NCBI GenBank assembly: GCA_032718475.1
Contig: JAUCBJ010009051.1
Location: 41,181-105,180, forward strand
Reading direction: 5' to 3'
DNA length: 64,000 nucleotides
From: Nemertoderma westbladi
Lineage: Eukaryota; Animalia; Xenacoelomorpha
The position numbers and the translations under genes were made by a program. Positions 53,501 through 64,000 of this stretch are shown piece by piece. Numbering within the stretch: position 1 is the first letter of the stretch; each line of letters opens with the position of its first letter. The notes under the pieces are model-generated. The model saw only the letters and a program-made list of their open reading frames with translations. It ran no database searches and was not told the DNA's origin.

Positions 53501-56500
53501 TAGTAAAGGGAAGGAAGGGTCAGGGTTGAGTGAACGCCAATAGTAAAGGAAAGGAAGGGTCAGGGTTGAGTGAACGCCAATAGTAAAGGGAAGGAAGGGT
53601 CAGGGTTGAGTGAACGCCAATAGTAAAGGGAAGGAAGGGTCAGGGTTGGGTGAACGCCAATAGAAAAGGGAAGGAAGGGTCAGGGTTGAGTGAACGCCAA
53701 TAGTAAAGGGAAGGAAGGGTCAGGGTTGAGTGAACGCCAATAGAAAAGGGAAGGAAGGGTCAGGGTTGGGTGAACGCCAATAGAAAAGGGAAGGAAGGGT
53801 CAGGGTTGAGTGAACGCCAATAGTAAAGGGAAGGAAGGGTCAGGGTTGAGTGAACGCCAATAGTAAAGGGAAGGAAGGGTCAGGGTCAGGGTTGAGTGAA
53901 CGCCAATAGTAAAGGGAAGGAAGGGTCAGGGTTGAGTGAACGCCAATAGTAAAGGGAAGGAAGGGTCAGGGTTGAGTGAACGCCAATAGAAAAGGGAAGG
54001 AAGGGTCAGGGTCAGGGTTGAGTGAACGCCAATAGTAAAGGGAAGGAAGGGTCAGGGTTGGGTGAACGCCAATAGAAAAGGGAAGGAAGGGTCAGGGTTG
54101 AGTGAACGCCAATAGTAAAGGGAAGGAAGGGTCAGGGTTGGGTGAACGCCAATAGAAAAGGGAAGGAAGGGTCAGGGTTGAGTGAACGCCAATAGTAAAG
54201 GGAAGGAAGGGTCAGGGTTGAGTGAACGCCAATAGAAAAGGGAAGGAAGGGTTAGGGTTGAGTGAACGCCAATAGAAAAGGGAAGGAAGGGTCAGGGTTG
54301 GGTGAACGCCAATAGAAAAGGGAAGGAAGGGTCAGGGTTGAGTGAACGCCAATAGTAAAGGGAAGGAAGGGTCAGGGTTGAGTGAACGCCAATAGAAAAG
54401 GGAAGGAAGTGTCAGGGTTGGGTGAACGCCAATAGAAAAGGGAAGGAAGGGTCAGGGTTGAGTGAACGCCAATAGAAAAGGGAAGGAAGGGTCAGGGTTG
54501 AGTGAACGCCAATAGAAAAGGGAAGGAAGGGTCAGGGTTGAGTGAACGCCAATAGAAAAGGGAAGGAAGGGTCAGGGTTGAGTGAACGCCAATAGAAAAG
54601 GGAAGGAAGGGTCAGGGTTGAGTGAACGCCAATAGTAAAGGGAAGGAAGGGTCAGGGTTGAGTGAACGCCAATAGTAAAGGGAAGGAAGGGTCAGGGTTG
54701 AGTGAACGCCAATAGAAAAGGGAAGGAAGGGTCAGGGTTGGGTGAACGCCAATAGAAAAGGGAAGGAAGGGTCAGGGTTGAGTGAACGCCAATAGAGAAG
54801 GGAAGGAAGGGTCAGGGTTGAGTGAACGCCAATAGAAAAGGGAAGGAAGGGTCAGGGTTGAGTGAACGCCAATAGAAAAGGGAAGGAAGGGTCAGGGTTG
54901 AGTGAACGCCAATAGAAAAGGGAAGGAAGGGTCAGGGTTGAGTGAACGCCAATAGTAAAGGGAAGGAAGGGTCAGGGTTGAGTGAACGCCAATAGTAAAG
55001 GGAAGGAAGGGCCAGGGTTGATAGTAAAGGGAAGGAAGGGTCGATAGTAAAGGGAAGGAAGGGTCAGGGTTGAGTGAACGCCAATAGTAAAGGGAAGGAA
55101 GGGTCAGGGTTGAGTGAACGCCAACAGTAAAGGGAAGGAAGGGTCAGGGTTGATAGTAAAGGGAAGGAAGGGTCGATAGTAAAGGGAAGGAAGGGTCAGG
55201 GTTGGGTGAACGCCAATAGAAAAGGGAAGGAAGGGTCAGGGTTGAGTGAACGCCAATAGTAAAGGGAAGGAAGGGTCAGGGTTGAGTGAACGCCAATAGT
55301 AAAGGGAAGGAAGGGTCAGGGTTGAGTGAACGCCAATAGTAAAGGGAAGGAAGGGTCAGGGTTGGGTGAACGCCAATAGAAAAGGGAAGGAAGGGTCAGG
55401 GTTGAGTGAACGCCAATAGTAAAGGGAAGGAAGGGTCAGGGTTGAGTGAACGCCAATAGAAAAGGGAAGGAAGGGTCAGGGTTGAGTGAACGCCAATAGA
55501 AAAGGGAAGGAAGGGTCAGGGTTGAGTGAACGCCAATAGAAAAGGGAAGGAAGGGTCAGGGTTGAGTGAACGCCAATAGAAAAGGGAAGGAAGGGTCAGG
55601 GTTGAGTGAACGCCAATAGAAAAGGGAAGGAAGGGTCAGGGTTGAGTGAACGCCAATAGTAAAGGGAAGGAAGGGTCAGGGTTGAGTGAACGCCAATAGT
55701 AAAGGGAAGGAAGGGTCAGGGTTGAGTGAACGCCAATAGTAAAGGAAAGGAAGTGTCAGGGTTGAGTGAACGCCAATAGTAAAGGGAAGGAAGGGTCAGG
55801 GTTGATAGTAAAGGGAAGGAAGGGTCAGGGTTGAGTGAACGCCAACAGTAAAGGGAAGGAAGGGTCAGGGTTGAGTGAACGCCAATAGTAAAGGGAAGGA
55901 AGGGTCAGGGTTGAGTGAACGCCAATAGTAAAGGGAAGGAAGGGTCAGGGTTGGGTGAACGCCAATAGAAAAGGGAAGGAAGGGTCAGGGTTGAGTGAAC
56001 GCCAATAGTAAAGGGAAGGAAGGGTCAGGGTTGGGTGAACGCCAATAGAAAAGGGAATGAAGGGTCAGGGTTGAGTGAACGCCAATAGTAAAGGGAAGGA
56101 AGGGTCAGGGTTGAGTGAACGCCAATAGAAAAGGGAAGGAAGGGTCAGGGTTGAGTGAACGCCAATAGTAAAGGGAAGGAAGGGTCAGGGTTGAGTGAAC
56201 GCCAATAGTAAAGGAAAGGAAGGGTCAGGGTTGAGTGAACGCCAATAGTAAAGGGAAGGAAGGGTCAGGGTTGAGTGAACGCCAATAGTAAAGGGAAGGA
56301 AGGGTCAGGGTTGGGTGAACGCCAATAGAAAAGGGAAGGAAGGGTCAGGGTTGAGTGAACGCCAATAGTAAAGGGAAGGAAGGGTCAGGGTTGAGTGAAC
56401 GCCAATAGAAAAGGGAAGGAAGGGTCAGGGTTGGGTGAACGCCAATAGAAAAGGGAAGGAAGGGTCAGGGTTGAGTGAACGCCAATAGTAAAGGGAAGGA

Positions 56501-59500
56501 AGGGTCAGGGTTGAGTGAACGCCAATAGTAAAGGGAAGGAAGGGTCAGGGTCAGGGTTGAGTGAACGCCAATAGTAAAGGGAAGGAAGGGTCAGGGTTGA
56601 GTGAACGCCAATAGTAAAGGGAAGGAAGGGTCAGGGTTGAGTGAACGCCAATAGAAAAGGGAAGGAAGGGTCAGGGTCAGGGTTGAGTGAACGCCAATAG
56701 TAAAGGGAAGGAAGGGTCAGGGTTGGGTGAACGCCAATAGAAAAGGGAAGGAAGGGTCAGGGTTGAGTGAACGCCAATAGTAAAGGGAAGGAAGGGTCAG
56801 GGTTGGGTGAACGCCAATAGAAAAGGGAAGGAAGGGTCAGGGTTGAGTGAACGCCAATAGTAAAGGGAAGGAAGGGTCAGGGTTGAGTGAACGCCAATAG
56901 AAAAGGGAAGGAAGGGTTAGGGTTGAGTGAACGCCAATAGAAAAGGGAAGGAAGGGTCAGGGTTGGGTGAACGCCAATAGAAAAGGGAAGGAAGGGTCAG
57001 GGTTGAGTGAACGCCAATAGTAAAGGGAAGGAAGGGTCAGGGTTGAGTGAACGCCAATAGAAAAGGGAAGGAAGTGTCAGGGTTGGGTGAACGCCAATAG
57101 AAAAGGGAAGGAAGGGTCAGGGTTGAGTGAACGCCAATAGAAAAGGGAAGGAAGGGTCAGGGTTGAGTGAACGCCAATAGAAAAGGGAAGGAAGGGTCAG
57201 GGTTGAGTGAACGCCAATAGAAAAGGGAAGGAAGGGTCAGGGTTGAGTGAACGCCAATAGAAAAGGGAAGGAAGGGTCAGGGTTGAGTGAACGCCAATAG
57301 TAAAGGGAAGGAAGGGTCAGGGTTGAGTGAACGCCAATAGTAAAGGGAAGGAAGGGTCAGGGTTGAGTGAACGCCAATAGAAAAGGGAAGGAAGGGTCAG
57401 GGTTGGGTGAACGCCAATAGAAAAGGGAAGGAAGGGTCAGGGTTGAGTGAACGCCAATAGAGAAGGGAAGGAAGGGTCAGGGTTGAGTGAACGCCAATAG
57501 AAAAGGGAAGGAAGGGTCAGGGTTGAGTGAACGCCAATAGAAAAGGGAAGGAAGGGTCAGGGTTGAGTGAACGCCAATAGAAAAGGGAAGGAAGGGTCAG
57601 GGTTGAGTGAACGCCAATAGTAAAGGAAAGGAAGGGTCAGGGTTGAGTGAACGCCAATAGTAAAGGGAAGGAAGGGTCAGGGTTGAGTGAACGCCAATAG
57701 AAAAGGGAAGGAAGGGTCAGGGTTGAGTGAACGCCAATAGAAAAGGGAAGGAAGGGTCAGGGTTGAGTGAACGCCAATAGAAAAGGGAAGGAAGGGTCAG
57801 GGTTGAGTGAACGCCAATAGAAAAGGGAAGGAAGGGTCAGGGTTGAGTGAACGCCAATAGAAAAGGGAAGGAAGGGTCAGGGTTGAGTGAACGCCAATAG
57901 TAAAGGAAAGGAAGGGTCAGGGTTGGGTGAACGCCAATAGTAAAGGGGAGGAAGGGTCAGGGTTGAGTGAACGCCAATAGAAAAGGGAAGGAAGGGTCAG
58001 GGTTGAGTGAACGCCAATAGAAAAGGGAAGGAAGGGTCAGGGTTGAGTGAACGCCAATAGAAAAGGGAAGGAAGGGTCAGGGTTGAGTGAACGCCAATAG
58101 TAAAGGAAAGGAAGGGTCAGGGTTGGGTGAACGCCAATAGTAAAGGGAAGGAAGGGTCAGGGTTGAGTGAACGCCAATAGAAAAGGGAAGGAAGGGTCAG
58201 GGTTGAGTGAACGCCAATAGAAAAGGGAAGGAAGGGTCAGGGTTGAGTGAACGCCAATAGTAAAGGGAAGGAAGGGTCAGGGTTGAGTGAACGCCAATAG
58301 AAAAGGGAAGGAAGGGTCAGGGTTGAGTGAACGCCAATAGAAAAGGGAAGGAAGGGTCAGGGTTGAGTGAACGCCAATAGAAAAGGGAAGGAAGGGTCAG
58401 GGTTGAGTGAACGCCAATAGTAAAGGGAAGGAAGGGTCAGGGTTGAGTGAACGCCAATAGAAAAGGGAAGGAAGGGTCAGGGTTGGGTGAACGCCAATAG
58501 TAAAGGGAAGGAAGGGTCAGGGTTGAGTGAACGCCAATAGTAAAGGGAAGGAAGGGTCAGGGTTGAGTGAACGCCAATAGTAAAGGGAAGGAAGGGTCAG
58601 GGTTGAGTGAACGCCAATAGTAAAGGGAAGGAAGGGTCAGGGTTGAGTGAACGCCAATAGAAAAGGGAAGGAAGGGTCAGGGTTGAGTGAACGCCAATAG
58701 TAAAGGGAAGGAAGGGTCAGGGTTGAGTGAACGCCAATAGAAAAGGGAAGGAAGGGTCAGGGTTGAGTGAACGCCAATAGAAAAGGGAAGGAAGGGTCAG
58801 GGTTGAGTGAACGCCAATAGAAAAGGGAAGGAAGGGTCAGGGTTGAGTGAACGCCAATAGAAAAGGGAAGGAAGGGTCAGGGTTGAGTGAACGCCAATAG
58901 TAAAGGGAAGGAAGGGTCAGGGTTGAGTGAACGCCAATAGAAAAGGGAAGGAAGGGTCAGGGTTGAGTGAACGCCAATAGAAAAGGGAAGGAAGGGTCAG
59001 GGTTGAGTGAATGCCAATAGAAAAGGGAAGGAAGGGTCAGGGTTGAGTGAACGCCAATAGAAAAGGGAAGGAAGGGTCAGGGTTGAGTGAACGCCAATAG
59101 AAAAGGGAAGGAAGGGTCAGGGTTGAGTGAACGCCAATAGTAAAGGGAAGGAAGGGTCAGGGTTGAGTGAACGCCAACAGTAAAGGGAAGGAAGGGTCAG
59201 GGTTGAGTGAACGCCAATAGTAAAGGGAAGGAAGGGTCAGGGTTGATAGTAAAGGGAAGCAAGGGTCGATAGTAAAGGGAAGGAAGGGTCAGGGTTGAGT
59301 GAACGCCAATAGTAAAGGGAAGGAAGGGTCAGGGTTGAGTGAACGCCAACAGTAAAGGGAAGGAAGGGTCAGGGTTGAGTGAACGCCAATAGTAAAGGGA
59401 AGGAAGGGTCAGGGTTGAGTGAACGCCAATAGTAAAGGGAAGGAAGGGTCAGGGTTGAGTGAACGCCAATAGGAAAGGGAAGGAAGGGTCAGGGTTGAAT

Positions 59501-62500
59501 GAACGCCAATAGAAAAGGGAAGGAAGGGTCGATAGTAAAGGGAAGGAAGGGTCGATAGTAAAGGGAAGGAAGGGTCAGGGTTGAGTGAACGCCAATAGAA
59601 AAGGGAAGGAAGGGTCAGGGTTGAGTGAACGCCAATAGAAAAGGGAAGGAAGGGTCAGGGTTGAGTGAACGCCAATAGAAAAGGGAAGGAAGGGTCAGGG
59701 TTGGGTGAACGCCAATAGAAAAGGGAAGGAAGGGTCAGGGTTGAGTGAACGCCAATAGTAAAGGGAAGGAAGGGTCAGGGTTGAGTGAACGCCAATAGAA
59801 AAGGGAAGGAAGTGTCAGGGTTGGGTGAACGCCAATAGAAAAGGGAAGGAAGGGTCAGGGTTGAGTGAACGCCAATAGAAAAGGGAAGGAAGGGTCAGGG
59901 TTGAGTGAACGCCAATAGAAAAGGGAAGGAAGGGTCAGGGTTGAGTGAACGCCAATAGAAAAGGGAAGGAAGGGTCAGGGTTGAGTGAACGCCAATAGAA
60001 AAGGGAAGGAAGGGTCAGGGTTGAGTGAACGCCAATAGAAAAGGGAAGGAAGGGTCAGGGTTGAGTGAACGCCAATAGAAAAGGGAAGGAAGGGTCAGGG
60101 TTGAGTGAACGCCAATAGAAAAGGGAAGGAAGGGTCAGGGTTGAGTGAACGCCAATAGTAAAGGGAAGGAAGGGTCAGGGTTGAGTGAACGCCAATAGAA
60201 AAGGGAAGGAAGGGTCAGGGTTGAGTGAACGCCAATAGAAAAGGGAAGGAAGGGTCAGGGTTGAGTGAACGCCAATAGAAAAGGGAAGGAAGGGTCAGGG
60301 TTGAGTGAACGCCAATAGAAAAGGGAAGGAAGGGTCAGGGTTGAGTGAACGCCAATAGAAAAGGGAAGGAAGGGTCAGGGTTGAGTGAACGCCAATAGAA
60401 AAGGGAAGGAAGGGTCAGGGTTGAGTGAACGCCAATAGTAAAGGGAAGGAAGGGTCAGGGTTGAGTGAACGCCAATAGTAAAGGGAAGGAAGGGTCAGGG
60501 TTGAGTGAACGCCAATAGAAAAGGGAAGGAAGGGTCAGGGTTGAGTGAACGCCAATAGAAAAGGGAAGGAAGGGTCAGGGTTGAGTGAACGCCAATAGAA
60601 AAGGGAAGGAAGGGTCAGGGTTGAGTGAACGCCAATAGTAAAGGAAAGGAAGGGTCAGGGTTGGGTGAACGCCAATAGTAAAGGGAAGGAAGGGTCAGGG
60701 TTGAGTGAACGCCAATAGAAAAGGGAAGGAAGGGTCAGGGTTGAGTGAACGCCAATAGAAAAGGGAAGGAAGGGTCAGGGTTGAGTGAACGCCAATAGTA
60801 AAGGAAAGGAAGGGTCAGGGTTGAGTGAACGCCAATAGAAAAGGGAAGGAAGGGTCAGGGTTGAGTGAACGCCAATAGAAAAGGGAAGGAAGGGTCAGGG
60901 TTGAGTGAACGCCAATAGAAAAGGGAAGGAAGGGTCAGGGTTGAGTGAACGCCAACAGTAAAGGGAAGGAAGGGTCAGGGTTGAGTGAACGCCAATAGAA
61001 AAGGGAAGGAAGGGTCAGGGTTGGGTGAACGCCAATAGTAAAGGGAAGGAAGGGTCAGGGTTGAGTGAACGCCAATAGTAAAGGGAAGGAAGGGTCAGGG
61101 TTGAGTGAACGCCAATAGTAAAGGGAAGGAAGGGTCAGGGTTGAGTGAACGCCAATAGTAAAGGGAAGGAAGGGTCAGGGTTGAGTGAACGACAATAGAA
61201 AAGGGAAGGAAGGGTCAGGGTTGAGTGAACGCCAATAGTAAAGGGAAGGAAGGGTCAGGGTTGAGTGAACGCCAATAGAAAAGGGAAGGAAGGGTCAGGT
61301 TTGAGTGAACGCCAATAGAAAAGGGAAGGAAGGGTCAGGGTTGAGTGAACGCCAATAGAAAAGGGAAGGAAGGGTCAGGGTTGAGTGAACGCCAATAGAA
61401 AAGGGAAGGAAGGGTCAGGGTTGAGTGAACGCCAATAGTAAAGGGAAGGAAGGGTCAGGGTTGAGTGAACGTCAATAGAAAAGGGAAGGAAGGGTCAGGG
61501 TTGAGTGAACGCCAATAGAAAAGGGAAGGAAGGGTCAGGGTTGAGTGAATGCCAATAGAAAAGGGAAGGAAGGGTCAGGGTTGAGTGAACGCCAATAGAA
61601 AAGGGAAGGAAGGGTCAGGGTTGAGTGAACGCCAATAGAAAAGGGAAGGAAGGGTCAGGGTTGAGTGAACGCCAATAGTAAAGGGAAGGAAGGGTCAGGG
61701 TTGAGTGAACGCCAACAGTAAAGGGAAGGAAGGGTCAGGGTTGAGTGAACGCCAATAGTAAAGGGAAGGAAGGGTCAGGGTTGATAGTAAAGGGAAGCAA
61801 GGGTCGATAGTAAAGGGAAGGAAGGGTCAGGGTTGAGTGAACGCCAATAGTAAAGGGAAGGAAGGGTCAGGGTTGAGTGAACGCCAACAGTAAAGGGAAG
61901 GAAGGGTCAGGGTTGAGTGAACGCCAATAGTAAAGGGAAGGAAGGGTCAGGGTTGAGTGAACGCCAATAGTAAAGGGAAGGAAGGGTCAGGGTTGAGTGA
62001 ACGCCAATAGGAAAGGGAAGGAAGGGTCAGGGTTGAATGAACGCCAATAGAAAAGGGAAGGAAGGGTCGATAGTAAAGGGAAGGAAGGGTCGATAGTAAA
62101 GGGAAGGAAGGGTCAGGGTTGAGTGAACGCCAATAGAAAAGGGAAGGAAGGGTCAGGGTTGAGTGAACGCCAATAGTAAAGGAAAGGAAGGGTCAGGGTT
62201 GAGTGAACGCCAATAGAAAAGGGAAGGAAGGGTCAGGGTTGAGTGAACGCCAATAGTAAAGGGAAGGAAGGGTCAGGGTTGAGTGAACGCCAATAGAAAA
62301 GGGAAGGAAGGGTCAGGGTTGAGTGAACGCCAATAGTAAAGGAAAGGAAGGGTCAGGGTTGAGTGAACGCCAATAGAAAAGGGAAGGAAGGGTCAGGGTT
62401 GAGTGAACGCCAATAGTAAAGGGAAGGAAGGGTCAGGGTTGAGTGAACGCCAATAGTAAAGGGAAGGAAGGGTCAGGGTTGAGTGAACGCCAATAGTAAA

Positions 62501-64000
62501 GGGAAGGAAGGGTCAGGGTTGAGTGAACGCCAACAGTAAAGGGAAGGAAGGGTCAGGGTTGAGTGAACGCCAATAGAAAAGGGAAGGAAGGGTCAGGGTT
62601 GAGTGAACGCCAATAGAAAAGGGAAGGAAGGGTAGGTAGGGTTGAGTGAACGCCAATAGAAAAGGGAAGGAAGGGTCAGGGTTGGGTGAACGCCAATAGA
62701 AAAGGGAAGGAAGGGTCAGGGTTGAGTGAACGCCAATAGTAAAGGGAAGGAAGGGTCAGGGTTGAGTGAACGCCAATAGAAAAGGGAAGGAAGGGTCAGG
62801 GTTGAGTGAACGCCAATAGTAAAGGGAAGGAAGGGTCAGGGTTGAGTGAACGCCAATAGTAAAGGGAAGGAAGGGTCAGGGTTGAGTGAACGCCAATAGT
62901 AAAGGGAAGGAAGGGTCAGGGTTGAGTGAACGCCAATAGTAAAGGGAAGGAAGGGTCAGGGTTGAGTGAACGCCAATAGAAAAGGAAAGGAAGGGTCAGG
63001 GTTGAGTGAACGCCAATAGAAAAGGAAAGGAAGGGTCAGGGTTGAGTGAACGCCAATAGTAAAGGGAAGGAAGGGTCAGGGTTGGGTGAACGCCAATAGT
63101 AAAGGGAAGGAAGGGTCAGGGTTGAGTGAACGCCAATAGTAAAGGGAAGGAAGGGTCAGGGTTGAGTGAACGCCAATAGTAAAGGGAAGGAAGGGTCAGG
63201 GTTGAGTGAACGCCAATAGAAAAGGGAAGGAAGGGTCAGGGTTGAGTGAACGCCAATAGTAAAGGGAAGGAAGGGTCAGGGTCGAGTGAACGCCAATAGT
63301 AAAGGGAAGGAAGGGTCAGGGTTGGGTGAACGCCAATAGAAAAGGGAAGGAAGGGTCAGGGTTGAGTGAACGCCAATAGTAAAGGGAAGGAAGGGTCAGG
63401 GTTGGGTGAACGCCAATAGAAAGGGAAGGAAGGGTCAGGGTTGAGTGAACGCCAATAGTAAAGGGAAGGAAGGGTCAGGGTTGAGTGAACGCCAATAGTA
63501 AAGGGAAGGAAGGGTCAGGGTTGGGTGAACGCCAATAGAAAAGGGAAGGAAGGGTCAGGGTTGAGTGAACGCCAATAGTAAAGGGAAGGAAGGGTCAGGG
63601 TTGAGTGAACGCCAATAGTAAAGGGAAGGAAGGGTTAGGGTTGAGTGAACGCCAATAGTAAAGGGAAGGAAGGGTCAGGGTTGAGTGAACGCCAATAGTA
63701 AAGGGAAGGAAGGGTTAGGGTTGAGTGAACGCCAATAGTAAAGGGAAGGAAGGGCCAGGGTTGATAGTAAAGGGAAGGAAGGGTCAGGGTTGAGTGAACG
63801 CCAATAGTAAAGGGAAGGAAGGGCCAGGGTTGATAGTAAAGGGAAGGAAGGGTCGATAGTAAAGGGAAGGAAGGGTCAGGGTTGAGTGAACGCCAATAGT
63901 AAAGGGAAGGAAGGGTCAGGGTTGAGTGAACGCCAACAGTAAAGGGAAGGAAGGGTCAGGGTTGATAGTAAAGGGAAGGAAGGGTCGATAGTAAAGGGAA
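44577..64000. repeat. 40-bp satellite, main block (>19 kb, runs off the window end)
   Basis: Visible tandem array with shortened variants (GGTTGATAG, GGTCGATAG) and multi-kb higher-order duplications. Confidence 0.99.

Noticed and set aside
37488-64000. True telomere or interstitial telomeric array
   Set aside because: The unit is 40 bp with only sporadic TTAGGG, and it lies within a gene.

Overview
Metazoan (AT-rich, probably invertebrate) genomic DNA, roughly 70% tandem repeat. The whole window lies inside one minus-strand gene, casein kinase II alpha. Four small phase-0 GT-AG exons (36799-36698, 29802-29692, 16452-16258, 15638-15519; 528 nt) splice into 176 contiguous residues, P72-K247 in human numbering. 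The flanking exons lie outside the window. The introns are inflated by six different satellites (24, 27, 60, 20, 51/56 and 40 bp units), four non-LTR retrotransposon fragments, a 5'-truncated BEL/Pao element with its 3' LTR, a tRNA-derived SINE and MITE-like DNA. The most striking observation is that the satellites are built from, or resemble, splicing signals of the host gene. The 51/56-bp array is about 80 copies of an exon's 3' end plus its intact GTGAGT donor, and it ends in a fold-back hairpin next to the following acceptor. The 20-bp array repeats the first ~20 nt of its intron with the donor +5G lost. The 27- and 40-bp arrays read on the sense strand as CTGAC plus a pyrimidine tract with no AG. 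Nearly all long ORFs in the supplied track are satellite artefacts. A 100-N gap lies at 28420-28519.
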